Source: Bacilli bacterium (lineage in GTDB: Bacteria > Bacillota_I > Bacilli_A > RF39 > UBA660). From it: a DNA stretch of 64,000 bases. The notes beneath the pieces are model-generated. The model did no database searches, was not told the origin of the DNA, and worked only from the letters and a program-made list of their open reading frames with translations. Positions within the stretch are counted from its first letter, which is position 1. Every line of letters begins with the position of its first letter. The stretch lies in NCBI GenBank assembly GCA_017511805.1, contig JAFWJA010000013.1:594-64593 (forward strand), read 5' to 3'. Shown here piece after piece: positions 44,507-53,922 of the stretch. Position numbers and translations under genes: made by a program.

Positions 44507-45223
44507 ATGAGTAGATTATTAAAAGTTTATTTAAGAAATATATTTAAACAAAAAGGATATTATGTATGTACAGGTATTAGTTTACTAATAGGTGTAATTA
44601 TTCCTTTTATAATATCTTTATTTATTAAAAGCACTGATACAATTACATTAGCTAGTAGAATAGTAGATTCATTTAAAGTAGATATAATTATAGTTATATT
44701 TGTAACATTATTTGTATGTAGTGATTTTACTGATGGAACTGCTAAAAACTTTATAGCAAGAGGTTATTCTAGAAGACAAATACTATATGGTAAATATTTA
44801 GCTTCTTTAATAGCAGTAGGAGTATACTTCTTAGGATGTTTAGCATTCACATTAGCATTCTTTGCTAAAGATGGATTAAACTTCACAATATCTGATCTTT
44901 ATATGATATTAGCAGCAATAGCTACAGCAGTAGCATCAACTGGTTTATATGTAATAGTTGCTAATACTGCAGAAAAAGTATCAACAGGTATTGCAGTAAA
45001 CATAATAATGTTCTCATTCTTCAGTTTATTATTAGAAGGATTAACTACATTATTAAAACTAAATATTAATTTATCTAATTATTGGATTACTGGTCTAACT
45101 GGTTTAATGGGAGAAAAAGCTGTATTAGTTGATCTATTCAAGGTAATAGGTATAGCAGCAGTATATCTAGTATTACTATTTGAGATAAGTAATTTTATAA
45201 TAAAGAAAAAAGAAGTAAAATAA
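44507..45223 (+). CDS. ABC-2-type permease
   Basis: Six hydrophobic segments, translationally coupled to the ATPase gene. The ATG at 44507 sits behind AGGTGAG; the tracked start at 44498 is a GTG. Confidence 0.7.
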   Translation: MSRLLKVYLRNIFKQKGYYVCTGISLLIGVIIPFIISLFIKSTDTITLASRIVDSFKVDIIIVIFVTLFVCSDFTDGTAKNFIARGYSRRQILYGKYLASLIAVGVYFLGCLAFTLAFFAKDGLNFTISDLYMILAAIATAVASTGLYVIVANTAEKVSTGIAVNIIMFSFFSLLLEGLTTLLKLNINLSNYWITGLTGLMGEKAVLVDLFKVIGIAAVYLVLLFEISNFIIKKKEVK

Positions 45224-45226
45224 AAA

Positions 45227-45257
45227 AATATACAAAATATCTTGTATATTTTTTTTT
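45227..45257 (+). terminator. Rho-independent terminator
   Basis: Stem aatatacaa/ttgtatatt followed by a T-run. Confidence 0.65.
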
Positions 45258-45261
45258 ATTT

Positions 45262-45270
45262 TGTTATAAT
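45262..45270 (+). promoter_or_regulatory. Extended -10 element (TGtTATAAT) for the tRNA gene
   Basis: tgttataat ends 17 nt upstream of tRNA position 1. Confidence 0.5.
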
Positions 45271-45287
45271 CTATATGTAATTTTGAT

Positions 45288-45364
45288 GGCGATGTAGCTC
45301 AGTTGGCTAGAGCGTTCGGTTCATACCCGAAAGGTCGTGGGTTCGACCCCCTCCGTCGCTACCA
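45288..45364 (+). tRNA. tRNA-Met (anticodon CAT), elongator type, CCA encoded
   Basis: Cloverleaf folded by hand: acceptor GGCGATG/CGTCGCT, D-arm GCTC AGTTGGCTA GAGC, anticodon arm TTCGG-TTCATAC-CCGAA, T-loop TTCGACC, 3' ACCA. It closely resembles the Bacillus elongator tRNA-Met as I remember it. A lysidine-modified tRNA-Ile2 cannot be formally excluded. Confidence 0.85.
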
Positions 45365-45377
45365 TATAGATTATAAC

Positions 45378-45400
45378 CGAACTTAATAGTTCGTTTTTTT
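45378..45400 (+). terminator. Terminator hairpin of the CGAACT/AGTTCG family (copy 1)
   Basis: cgaact-taat-agttcg followed by ttttttt. Confidence 0.65.
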
Positions 45401-45431
45401 ATGAATACTTGTAGTTTACATGGAGGTTTAA

Positions 45432-46226
45432 ATGCAAATAATACATAATAATAACTTAAATAAAATAAGCACGAGAGAAGATCTTATTGAACTTCTAAAA
45501 AAATATAAAGGTATATTAACTGATCCAACTATCAGTTATTTAAAATCTTTAATAGATTTAGATTTTTCTGTTATTAATAATTATATAGATGAAAGTGGAA
45601 GATCTGCTTTATCTGAATTAGAAATATATAAAAAGGCAACAATTTATAATATTTATAATAGAGCATTAAACTTATTTAAACAAAATGATTCGGAATTAAC
45701 AATTTCAGGTAATGATGAAGGTATTGAAGGATTAAAAGTATATTCTAAAATAGGAGATAGAAACTTAATATTATTTGATTATGATTATAAAGATAGTATA
45801 GTAAATTTATCTTTATTTAAAACAATTGAAAGTAAAGAACAAAGAGATGAAGAATTAAGAAGAGTAATGTACGAATTAGATAAACTATATGATGAAAAAA
45901 ATCCATATCATTCTATTCCTAATACTTATGGTGGACCTGCTTCTCAATGGGTTTTTGAACACACTAAAAAAATACAAGAATATGAAGAAAGATTTAATCA
46001 ATTAGTTTCTAAAAAAGAATTAACTGATGAAGATAAAAAAGAAATAGAAATAACAAAAAAGTATCATGAATTATTATTAGAAGATTATGGATTAATAAAT
46101 AAGGACTTTGAAAAAGAACCTAATTTTCATATTTTAGATTTTGATAGAGATAGAACAAAAATGCATAAAACTCTTGTTAAAAAGATGCCATGTACAAATA
46201 TTAAAAACAATATTAAATTTATTTAA
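45432..46226 (+). CDS. Hypothetical protein
   Basis: 264-aa hydrophilic ORF. I recognise no motif. Confidence 0.55.
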   Translation: MQIIHNNNLNKISTREDLIELLKKYKGILTDPTISYLKSLIDLDFSVINNYIDESGRSALSELEIYKKATIYNIYNRALNLFKQNDSELTISGNDEGIEGLKVYSKIGDRNLILFDYDYKDSIVNLSLFKTIESKEQRDEELRRVMYELDKLYDEKNPYHSIPNTYGGPASQWVFEHTKKIQEYEERFNQLVSKKELTDEDKKEIEITKKYHELLLEDYGLINKDFEKEPNFHILDFDRDRTKMHKTLVKKMPCTNIKNNIKFI

Positions 46227-46230
46227 AAAG

Positions 46231-46255
46231 TCGAACTAGAAATAGTTCGTTTTTT
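46231..46255 (+). terminator. Terminator hairpin of the CGAACT/AGTTCG family (copy 2)
   Basis: cgaacta-gaaa-tagttcg followed by ttttttt. Confidence 0.65.
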
Positions 46256-46267
46256 TATTTTGAAATA

Positions 46268-46296
46268 TTGTAAAACGTACAAATGTATGATATAAT
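46268..46296 (+). promoter_or_regulatory. Sigma-A-type promoter (TTGTAA-17 nt-TATAAT, TG-extended)
   Basis: ttgtaa at 46268-46273 and tataat at 46291-46296, with tg at 46288-46289. Confidence 0.55.
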
Positions 46297-46321
46297 TAAT
46301 TGCGAAAGTAAGGAGGGTAAT

Positions 46322-47167
46322 ATGGAAAATAAAATAATTTCGTTAACTAAATCATTTGAGGATGAAAGAATTAGAACTGTTTGGGATAAAGAACAAGAAA
46401 AATATTTTATAAGTGTTGTTGATATAGTTAAAGTTTTAATAGATTGTGATTATCAGCAAGCAAGAAATAATTGGAAGGTAATAAAATTTAGATTGAAAGA
46501 AGAAGGAAATGAAACGGTTACAAATTGTAACCAGTTGAAATTGAAAGCAACTGATGGAAAAATGAGAATGACTGATGTTGTTGATATAGAAGGAATGTTT
46601 AGAATTATTGAATCTATTCCTTCAAAGAAAGCCGAACCTATAAAACAATGGCTTGCTCATTTAGGTAAGGAAAGAACAGATGAAGAATTTGATCCTGAAA
46701 TAACAATAAATAGAGCATTAGAAACCTATAGAAGAAAAGGATATTCAGATGATTGGATTAACCAAAGATTAAAGGCTATTGATGCAAGAAAAGAATTTAC
46801 TGATGAACTTAAAAATAATGGTATAGAAAGTTGTAAAGATTATGCTATATTAACAGATTTACTTACTAAAACATGGAGTGGTTTTTCAACAAAAGAATAT
46901 AAGTCATATAAAGGATTAAAAAAAGAGAATTTAAGAGATAATATGACAAATATGGAATTAGTGTTAAATATGCTTGCTGAAGTATCTTCAACGGAAATAT
47001 CAAAATCAAATATAGAAAAGAATAAAGCTAGTGCAAAGGATTCTATAATAAAAGGTGGAACTATTACTAAAAATACAAGGGAACAAATAGAAAAAGAAAC
47101 TGGTAAGAAAATAGTTACTAAAAAGAATAATAAGAATATCGGTCAAGCAAAAATGATAGATAATTAA
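46322..47167 (+). CDS. Bro-N domain protein (phage anti-repressor/BRO family-like)
   Basis: FEDERIRTVWDKEQEKYFISVVDIVKVL...LKLKATDGKMRMTDVVDIEGMFRIIESIPSKKAEPIKQWLA matches my memory of the Bro-N pattern. The start was moved to the ATG behind AGGAGGG because the tracked start lies inside the promoter. Confidence 0.6.
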   Translation: MENKIISLTKSFEDERIRTVWDKEQEKYFISVVDIVKVLIDCDYQQARNNWKVIKFRLKEEGNETVTNCNQLKLKATDGKMRMTDVVDIEGMFRIIESIPSKKAEPIKQWLAHLGKERTDEEFDPEITINRALETYRRKGYSDDWINQRLKAIDARKEFTDELKNNGIESCKDYAILTDLLTKTWSGFSTKEYKSYKGLKKENLRDNMTNMELVLNMLAEVSSTEISKSNIEKNKASAKDSIIKGGTITKNTREQIEKETGKKIVTKKNNKNIGQAKMIDN

Positions 47168-47168
47168 G

Positions 47169-47191
47169 TCGAACTATATAGTTCGATTTTT
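47169..47191 (+). terminator. Terminator hairpin of the CGAACT/AGTTCG family (copy 3)
   Basis: Perfect palindrome tcgaactat/atagttcga followed by ttttt. Confidence 0.6.
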
Positions 47192-47212
47192 ATTTTATTT
47201 TTTATATATATG

Positions 47213-47221
47213 TGTTATAAT
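47213..47221 (+). promoter_or_regulatory. Extended -10 element (TGtTATAAT)
   Basis: tgttataat lies 15 nt upstream of the ATG at 47237. Confidence 0.4.
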
Positions 47222-47236
47222 TTTCTCGGTGATTAC

Positions 47237-47866
47237 ATGAAAAACAATAGAATAGTAGACATATCACAATTTTATGATGAAAATGTAGGAACAATAAATA
47301 GATTAACAATGAATAGTTCTATAGAAACTCTTTCAAAGTTTGATAAATTGCTACCGGATGAAGATGAAATTTCTTCTGACGATATTGCTACTTCATGGAG
47401 ATATGGATATTTAATGAAATACTTTATGGGTGTAATAGTTACAGATGAATTAGATAAAGATACTACTCAAGATGTTCGTAATTATAATAATATTATAGAG
47501 AATATTAGATTTAGAATGTTTATTATGTTTTTTAGAGAAAACTATAGTAACAATGTTATATATTATGAAGAATTTGTTAAGTTTAGTAGATTATTAAATG
47601 AAACTATTATTCATGATGAAGATATAGTTAGTGTCGATTTTAAAGATAAAATTATTAGTTCATTAAAAACATATTCTAATGATAGTTTAGGAGTAGTTTA
47701 TAATATTATTCATGAACTAAGTGGTAAAGAATATAAATTTGATAAGAATAAATTAAAATTAGTTATTGGTAGGGTTAAAACTATGAGTTTAGACTCTTTT
47801 GATGAAGAAGTTGATAAAATAGAATCTAGAAAAAATATTTTGAAATTAATAAAAAAAGAAGATTAA
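47237..47866 (+). CDS. Hypothetical protein
   Basis: ORF of about 209 aa from the ATG at 47237. The tracked start at 47210 overlaps the -10 element. No motif recognised. Confidence 0.5.
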   Translation: MKNNRIVDISQFYDENVGTINRLTMNSSIETLSKFDKLLPDEDEISSDDIATSWRYGYLMKYFMGVIVTDELDKDTTQDVRNYNNIIENIRFRMFIMFFRENYSNNVIYYEEFVKFSRLLNETIIHDEDIVSVDFKDKIISSLKTYSNDSLGVVYNIIHELSGKEYKFDKNKLKLVIGRVKTMSLDSFDEEVDKIESRKNILKLIKKED

Positions 47867-47885
47867 TGATATAATCTTTTTTTTA

Positions 47886-47894
47886 TGTTATAAT
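47886..47894 (+). promoter_or_regulatory. Extended -10 element (TGtTATAAT)
   Basis: tgttataat lies upstream of the RBS gaaggag and the ATG at 47927. Confidence 0.45.
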
Positions 47895-47926
47895 TAAATT
47901 GATAGTATAGTGAAGGAGTGAATATT

Positions 47927-48361
47927 ATGAAAAAGAAAATGCTATTAGGATTATTAGTAACTATTCCATTTTTAACTGCATGTGGAAGTAATGGTGGTAG
48001 TGGTAATGTTATGAGATGCTCAGATTATTCAGGAGCTGAAATGAGTGGTTACGCATTCAAGTTTGATGGTGATAAACTATCAAAAATGGGAATGTTTGAA
48101 GGTATTGATTTAAATAAAGTCAGTAAAGAAGATGGATGTACTGATAAATCAAGTTGTACTAAATTAGCTGAAACTGCATTACCAGAATGTGAAAATGATG
48201 AGTATATGGAAAGTTGTAATATTGAATCTGATGATGATACAGTAATAATAGTAGGTTATTATAATGAAAAAGGAATGAAATCTGAAAGAAATTATAGTGT
48301 AGGTATGTCTAAATCTGAAGTTAAAAAACAAGCTGAATCAGAAGGATTTACTTGTAGATAA
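47927..48361 (+). CDS. Small Cys-rich lipoprotein
   Basis: MKKKMLLGLLVTIPFLTAC with lipobox L-T-A-C, followed by GSNGGSG and seven further Cys residues. Confidence 0.7.
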   Translation: MKKKMLLGLLVTIPFLTACGSNGGSGNVMRCSDYSGAEMSGYAFKFDGDKLSKMGMFEGIDLNKVSKEDGCTDKSSCTKLAETALPECENDEYMESCNIESDDDTVIIVGYYNEKGMKSERNYSVGMSKSEVKKQAESEGFTCR

Positions 48362-48384
48362 ATGAACTATTAGTTCATTTTTTT
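48362..48384 (+). terminator. Terminator hairpin, variant of the same family (TGAACTA/TAGTTCA; copy 4)
   Basis: atgaacta-t-tagttcat followed by tttttt. Confidence 0.55.
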
Positions 48385-48433
48385 CTTGCTTTAAATTATT
48401 ATTAGTATATAATAGTTTGTTATAGGTGATATT

Positions 48434-49087
48434 ATGTCAAAAGAAGAAAATGTATTTAATTATTATCTTTTATGTAATAAATTAAAAGATGTTGTAAGAA
48501 CAGGTTGGAAAGATTGGAATGTTAAAAGAGAAAGAGTAGAAAGCATTGCGGAACATATTTTTGGAGTTCAAATGCTTGCGATTGCGATGAAATCAGAATA
48601 TCAATATAATATAGATATTAAGAAAGTAATATTTATGCTTGCTATTCATGAACTAGGAGAAACTATTATAGGTGATTTGACACAATTTCAAATAACAAAA
48701 GAAGAAAAAGAAAAAATAGAACATGAGGCTGTTCATAATATTTTATCTTCATTAATAGATGGTGAAAAAATAGAAGAATTATTTTTAGAATTTGATGCTC
48801 ATGAGACACTTGAAGCTTTATTTGCGTATCAATGTGATAAACTAGAATGTGATATACAATGTAAGTTATATGATCAAGAAAACTGTGTAGATTTAAATCA
48901 TCAAGAGAATAATGCTACTGCATCTAATAAAGAAGTAAAGGAATTGTTAGATAGTGGTAAGTCATGGTCAGATATGTGGATGGAGTTTGGTCAAAAAAGA
49001 TATCCATATGATAATAATTTTATGTCAGTGTCTGAATATGTAAAAGGAATAAAGAAAATTAAAAAACTAAAACTAGAAAATAACTAA
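48434..49087 (+). CDS. HD-domain phosphohydrolase (YfbR-like 5'-deoxynucleotidase family)
   Basis: ESIAEHIFGVQMLAI...LAIHELGETIIGDLT, i.e. an H...HE..E...GD metal-binding pattern. Confidence 0.7.
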   Translation: MSKEENVFNYYLLCNKLKDVVRTGWKDWNVKRERVESIAEHIFGVQMLAIAMKSEYQYNIDIKKVIFMLAIHELGETIIGDLTQFQITKEEKEKIEHEAVHNILSSLIDGEKIEELFLEFDAHETLEALFAYQCDKLECDIQCKLYDQENCVDLNHQENNATASNKEVKELLDSGKSWSDMWMEFGQKRYPYDNNFMSVSEYVKGIKKIKKLKLENN

Positions 49088-49113
49088 TATGTTATAATTT
49101 AAGAGGTGATAAC

Positions 49114-49803
49114 ATGAAAATAGGTATAATATTTGCTATGAAGGAAGAACTAGATGCACTTCTTTCTAAAATAGAATTAAAGAATAGTTATGAAATATTT
49201 GATTTAACATTTTATGAATGTGAATATAATAATTTGGAATGTGTATTAGTAGAATGTGGTATTGGTAAAGTAAATGCTGCTAGATCTACTCAAATACTTA
49301 TAGATAACATGAAAGTAGATTATATTATTAATATAGGTGTTGCAGGAGGAATATCTAGTGATTTAGACGTATGTGATATAGTAGTAGGAGAAAAATTAGT
49401 ACAACATGATTTTGATTTAACTGGTTTTAATCATGAAAAAGGATATATACCAAATGTAGGAAAATATATAGATGCTGATGAATACTTAGTTAAAGTTGCT
49501 ATGGATAATAGTGAAGGATTAAGTGTTCATAAAGGAGTTATTGCGTCAGGAGATATATTTGTTACAGAAGAAAAAATGAGTGATAAGATTAATACTAAAT
49601 TTGATGCTCTTTGCGTTGAGATGGAAGGAGCTAGTATAGCGCAAGTTTGTTACTTATCTCATATACCATTTTTAGTAATTAGATCTATATCAGATTCACC
49701 TAAAAAAGGTAATAATAAAATGACATATGATGAATTTGTAGTTAAGAGTTCAGACATAGTTTCTAACTATATGATAAAGATTTTAACATCATTAAATAAT
49801 TAA
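49114..49803 (+). CDS. mtnN: 5'-methylthioadenosine/S-adenosylhomocysteine nucleosidase
   Basis: MKIGIIFAMKEELDAL...GIGKVNAA...GVAGG...VEMEGASIAQVC...IRSISD. Confidence 0.9.
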   Translation: MKIGIIFAMKEELDALLSKIELKNSYEIFDLTFYECEYNNLECVLVECGIGKVNAARSTQILIDNMKVDYIINIGVAGGISSDLDVCDIVVGEKLVQHDFDLTGFNHEKGYIPNVGKYIDADEYLVKVAMDNSEGLSVHKGVIASGDIFVTEEKMSDKINTKFDALCVEMEGASIAQVCYLSHIPFLVIRSISDSPKKGNNKMTYDEFVVKSSDIVSNYMIKILTSLNN

Positions 49804-49816
49804 TGATGTTTTTTTG
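49786..49816 (+). terminator. Rho-independent terminator overlapping the mtnN stop
   Basis: Stem acatcatta/taatgatgt followed by a T-run. Confidence 0.6.
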
Positions 49817-49904
49817 TGTAAAAAACGTGAAAACAATGTAAAAAAATAAAAAAGTAAAATCAACTTAAAAGTACATTATTAAATGTACTTTTTTTCTTTA
49901 CACG

Positions 49905-49913
49905 TGGTATAAT
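49905..49913 (+). promoter_or_regulatory. Extended -10 element (TGgTATAAT) for murD-murC
   Basis: tggtataat lies 18 nt upstream of the ATG at 49931, with RBS gaggtgg between. Confidence 0.45.
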
Positions 49914-49930
49914 TATATAGAGGTGGCACT

Positions 49931-51268
49931 ATGTTTAATAACAAAAAAATATTCATATTAGGTATGGCAAGAAGTGGTTATGAAGCTGCTAAATTATTAT
50001 CTAATTATGATAATGAAATTCTTGTTACTGATATGAATGAACAAGATAAAGAACAGGTATCTGAATTAGAAAAGAAAAAGGTTAAAGTAGTTATAACAGA
50101 AAATCCAATAGACTTATTAGATGATACATATGATTATGTTATAAAGAATCCAGGTATTAAATTTGATCATCCATTATTAGTTAAAGCAAGAAGTCTAAAT
50201 ATAAAGATTATAAATGAAGTTGAAATGGCATATGACTTTTTAGATAAAGATATAAATATTATAGGTGTTACAGGTAGTAATGGTAAAACAACTACAGTTA
50301 ATTTAATATATAAGTTCTTAGTAGAAGAAAAAGATAATGTTATATTAGGTGGTAATATAGGAACACCACTTTCACACTATGCATTAGATGTTAAAAAAGG
50401 AACATATTTAGTATTAGAAATTAGTGACCATCAATTACTAGATATGTATAACTTTAAAACTAATGTGTCAGTATTAACTAATATTACACCTACACATTTA
50501 GATTTCCATCCATCTTATGATGTATATAAGAATACTAAAAAGAAAATATTTCAAAATCATACAGAAAAAGATATTGCTGTTATAAATAGTGATGATCCAG
50601 AAAGTATGAATGTAACAAAAGATATTCCTAGTACTAAATATTATTATGGTACTGATAAAAATGATAAAGCTTACTATGATGAAACAGGAATATATTATGA
50701 TAATAAATTAATAATAAAACTAGAGGATATAGTTTTAAAAGGTAATCACAATTACCAAAATATATGTGCATCTATCGTTGCTGTCAAAGAGTATGGTGTT
50801 ACGGATGAAACAATCTCTAAAGTACTTAAATCTTTTGGTGGTGTTGAACATAGATTAGAATTTGTAAAAGAATATAATGGTATTAAATTTTATAATGATT
50901 CAAAAGCAACTAATTGTGTATCAACAAATATTGCATTAAAGTCATTTAGTGATCCAACAATACTTTTATTAGGTGGAACTGATAGAGGTCATTCATTTTA
51001 TGATTTAGAAGAATCTATATCAAATGTTAAATGTATATTTGCGTATGGAGAAACAAAGGATAGAATAGAAGATTTTTGTAAAGATAAAGGTATAACTTGT
51101 TATAAGTTTGATACATTAAAAGAATGTATGATGAAAATAAAAGATGTAATGGAAAAAGGTGATATAGTACTTTTATCACCAGCATGTGCATCTTGGGATC
51201 AATATAAGAAATTTGAAGATAGAGGTAATGAATTTAAGGAGTTAGTCGAGGTGATAACAAATGCTTAA
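49931..51268 (+). CDS. murD: UDP-N-acetylmuramoylalanine--D-glutamate ligase
   Basis: N-terminal Rossmann-type motif ILGMARSG, P-loop GVTGSNGKTTT, and FGGVEHRLE. Confidence 0.9.
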   Translation: MFNNKKIFILGMARSGYEAAKLLSNYDNEILVTDMNEQDKEQVSELEKKKVKVVITENPIDLLDDTYDYVIKNPGIKFDHPLLVKARSLNIKIINEVEMAYDFLDKDINIIGVTGSNGKTTTVNLIYKFLVEEKDNVILGGNIGTPLSHYALDVKKGTYLVLEISDHQLLDMYNFKTNVSVLTNITPTHLDFHPSYDVYKNTKKKIFQNHTEKDIAVINSDDPESMNVTKDIPSTKYYYGTDKNDKAYYDETGIYYDNKLIIKLEDIVLKGNHNYQNICASIVAVKEYGVTDETISKVLKSFGGVEHRLEFVKEYNGIKFYNDSKATNCVSTNIALKSFSDPTILLLGGTDRGHSFYDLEESISNVKCIFAYGETKDRIEDFCKDKGITCYKFDTLKECMMKIKDVMEKGDIVLLSPACASWDQYKKFEDRGNEFKELVEVITNA

Positions 51269-52625
51269 GAAACATATTTATATGATAGGTATTGGTGGTA
51301 TCAGTATGGGTGGTATTGCTAAAATACTAGTTAATTATGGCTATAAAGTATCTGGTTCAGATATGGTAGAAAATGATGAAGTAAAAGAACTTGAAGAACA
51401 AGGTATTAAAGTAAATATAGGTCAAGTAAAAGAAAATATTACTGATGATATAGATTTAGTTGTTTATACAGCTGCTATATCAGATACTAATGAAGAATTA
51501 GTTGAAGCAAGAAAAAGAGGAATTGAAACTATAGAAAGAGGAGTGTTCTTAGGAGAATTAACTCTTAACTTTGAAGATTGTATAGGAGTTGCGGGTACTC
51601 ATGGTAAAACAACTACTTCATCAATGGTATCATGTGTATTTGTTGAAGCTAAAAAAGATCCATCTATTCAAATAGGAGCTAATCTATCTGTTATAGGTGG
51701 AAATTATAGAGTAGGACATAGTGATTATTTTATAATTGAAGCATGTGAATATAAAGATAGTTTTCAAAACTTTAAACAAAGAAGTGCAATAATTACTAAT
51801 GTAGATAATGATCATTTAGATTATTTTAAAACATTAGACAATATATCTAAATCATTTGAAGAATATGTATCACATTTACCAGAAAATGGTGTACTAGTTC
51901 TTAATATGGATAATGAAAGATGTTATGATTTAAGAAATTATACTAAAGCAGAAGTAGTAACTGCTAGTTTCAATAATGAAAAGGCAGACTTTAATGCTAA
52001 AAATATAGAGTATGATGATAGAGGTTGTGCTTCATATGATGTATATAAAAAAGGTGAATTTGTAACAAGAGTTAAACTTAATGTAAAGGGAGAACATAAT
52101 GTACTTAATTCACTTGAAGCATATGCATTATGCGATTGGTATAAAATAGATTCTAAAGATATAGTAAAAGGACTTGCTAATTTCACAGGAGCATCTAGAA
52201 GAATGGAATATAAAGGTAAGTTTAATGGAGCTAATGTATATGATGATTATGGTCATCATCCAACAGAAATAGAAGCTACATCTAATGCAGTACTTAAAGA
52301 AAAATATAATGAAAGTTATGCTATATTTGAAGCTCATACTTATAGTAGATTTTATGAACATAAAGAAAGTTTTGCTAAGTCATTATCAAAATTTGATCAT
52401 ATTATAGTTATTGATATATATGCAGCTAGAGAAGAAAATACATTTGGTGTTAAACCTGAAGAACTAGTAGATATACTAGTTAAAGAAGGAAAAGATGCAG
52501 TTTATATTAGTGATTATGATGAAATAAAAGAATATTTAAAAGAAAGAGTAAAAGAGGGCGATTTAATTATTACATTAGGTGCAGGAAATGTAACAAAGAT
52601 TGCCTCAAAATTAGTGGAGGATTAA
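51261..52625 (+). CDS. murC: UDP-N-acetylmuramate--L-alanine ligase
   Basis: HIYMIGIGGISMGGIA, P-loop GVAGTHGKTTTSSM, and GASRRMEY...DDYGHHPTEI. Confidence 0.9.
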   Translation: MLKKHIYMIGIGGISMGGIAKILVNYGYKVSGSDMVENDEVKELEEQGIKVNIGQVKENITDDIDLVVYTAAISDTNEELVEARKRGIETIERGVFLGELTLNFEDCIGVAGTHGKTTTSSMVSCVFVEAKKDPSIQIGANLSVIGGNYRVGHSDYFIIEACEYKDSFQNFKQRSAIITNVDNDHLDYFKTLDNISKSFEEYVSHLPENGVLVLNMDNERCYDLRNYTKAEVVTASFNNEKADFNAKNIEYDDRGCASYDVYKKGEFVTRVKLNVKGEHNVLNSLEAYALCDWYKIDSKDIVKGLANFTGASRRMEYKGKFNGANVYDDYGHHPTEIEATSNAVLKEKYNESYAIFEAHTYSRFYEHKESFAKSLSKFDHIIVIDIYAAREENTFGVKPEELVDILVKEGKDAVYISDYDEIKEYLKERVKEGDLIITLGAGNVTKIASKLVED

Positions 52626-52626
52626 T

Positions 52627-53490
52627 ATGAAGAAATTATTTGGTGGAATTAATTTAACTTGGAAAAAACTAATTGTTTTTTCCATACTTATAGCTATATA
52701 TGTTGCAGTTATGATGGTAATACCTATAACAAAAGATACTTCTTTTAGAGATATAGGAACTACATTTGAATGGTGGATATTATTTGGAGTATTAATAATA
52801 GTAAATAGTAAATCTCCAGTAGATTCGATGTTAAAATGTTTTGTATTTTTCTTAATAAGTCAACCACTTATTTACTTATTACAGGTACCATTTTATGATC
52901 AAGGATTTAAAATATTTGTTTATTATCCATATTGGTTTAAATGGACACTAGCAACAATACCTATGGGATTCATTGGTTATTATATTAAAAGAAAAGACAT
53001 TATTAGTGTATTAATACTATTACCTGCATTAGGTTTATTAGCATTCCAAGGTATAGGTTTTTTATCAGCAACATTAGATAGTTTCCCATCTCATTTATTA
53101 TCTACAATATTCTGTTTTGCATCAATTATATTTATAGCAATTGGAGTATTTGATAAGTGGTTATATAGATTAATTACAATAGGGATAATTGCAGTGGGTT
53201 CAGTTGGATTCTTAGTATATGAAGGTGCTTTTGATAAAAACTTTGAACAAGTATATCAATTAAATCAATACGATATTCAACTTACTGAAACAGCTGAAAT
53301 AACTAGTTTTAGTGGTTCAACTAATGGTAATGCTGAAATTGTAAGTACAGAATATAATACAGTAAAACTATCAGGTAAAGGTAATAATACTTATAAATTT
53401 ACCATAGATGATGGTAATGGTAATAGTTATGATTTTAAATATTACTTTGATTCAAACACAAAAGAGATAAAATTAGAGTTAGTTAAATAA
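52627..53490 (+). CDS. Polytopic membrane protein with a C-terminal soluble domain, unknown function
   Basis: 287 aa with about 7 hydrophobic segments. It starts 1 nt after murC. Confidence 0.6.
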   Translation: MKKLFGGINLTWKKLIVFSILIAIYVAVMMVIPITKDTSFRDIGTTFEWWILFGVLIIVNSKSPVDSMLKCFVFFLISQPLIYLLQVPFYDQGFKIFVYYPYWFKWTLATIPMGFIGYYIKRKDIISVLILLPALGLLAFQGIGFLSATLDSFPSHLLSTIFCFASIIFIAIGVFDKWLYRLITIGIIAVGSVGFLVYEGAFDKNFEQVYQLNQYDIQLTETAEITSFSGSTNGNAEIVSTEYNTVKLSGKGNNTYKFTIDDGNGNSYDFKYYFDSNTKEIKLELVK

Positions 53491-53497
53491 AACATGT

Positions 53498-53534
53498 AAA
53501 TAGAATATAGAAATATATTCTATTTCTTTTTTTT
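53498..53534 (+). terminator. Rho-independent terminator
   Basis: 11-bp stem aaatagaatat/atattctattt followed by a T-run. Confidence 0.7.
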
Positions 53535-53535
53535 A

Positions 53536-53544
53536 TGTTATAAT
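53536..53544 (+). promoter_or_regulatory. Extended -10 element (TGtTATAAT)
   Basis: tgttataat lies upstream of the RBS aggaggg and the ATG at 53564. Confidence 0.45.
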
Positions 53545-53563
53545 GATACTAGGAGGGTAATAT

Positions 53564-53920
53564 ATGAATGTAGAGATATTAACTAAAAATAAAATAGATG
53601 TTAACCATGGATTAGAATTACTAGGAGATATGGATTTTTATAATGAAACACTTGGTACTTTCTATGACAATATAGATAAAAATTTAAAAGATTTAAAGAA
53701 ATTTAAAGAAAGTGATGATTTTGAAAATTATGGAATATTATCACATTCTATAAAATCTGATTCTAAATACTTAGGATTTATGGATCTTGCTGAAATAGCT
53801 TTAAGTCATGAAATGGCTGGTAAAGGATCAGATAAAAAGTTTATTGAAGAAAACTATGATTCTTTTGTAGAAGAAATAAATAGAATTGTTGGTGTAGTCA
53901 AAGAATATTTAGGGAGGTAA
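53564..53920 (+). CDS. Stand-alone HPt (histidine phosphotransfer) domain protein
   Basis: LSHSIKSDSKYLGF fits the HPt H-x-x-K-[GS]-x-x-x-x-x-G motif. It is a 118-aa helical protein. Confidence 0.65.
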   Translation: MNVEILTKNKIDVNHGLELLGDMDFYNETLGTFYDNIDKNLKDLKKFKESDDFENYGILSHSIKSDSKYLGFMDLAEIALSHEMAGKGSDKKFIEENYDSFVEEINRIVGVVKEYLGR

Positions 53921-53922
53921 AT

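Noticed and set aside
45288-49087. A prophage remnant or integrative element inserted at tRNA-Met, suggested by the Bro-N gene and the small unrelated genes.
   Set aside because: There is no integrase, recombinase, excisionase or structural phage gene in the interval. I could not find a direct repeat of the tRNA 3' end that would mark an att site. I therefore make no mobile-element call, only the terminator-family observation.
49804-49930. Two consecutive hairpin-plus-T-run structures (49786-49816 and approx. 49867-49896) in the mtnN-murD intergenic region, possibly bracketing a small RNA.
   Set aside because: The roughly 50 nt between them is A-rich and low in complexity. No promoter-like element precedes it and no conserved structure is discernible. 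A tandem terminator is the simpler explanation. RNA-seq would be needed to revisit this.
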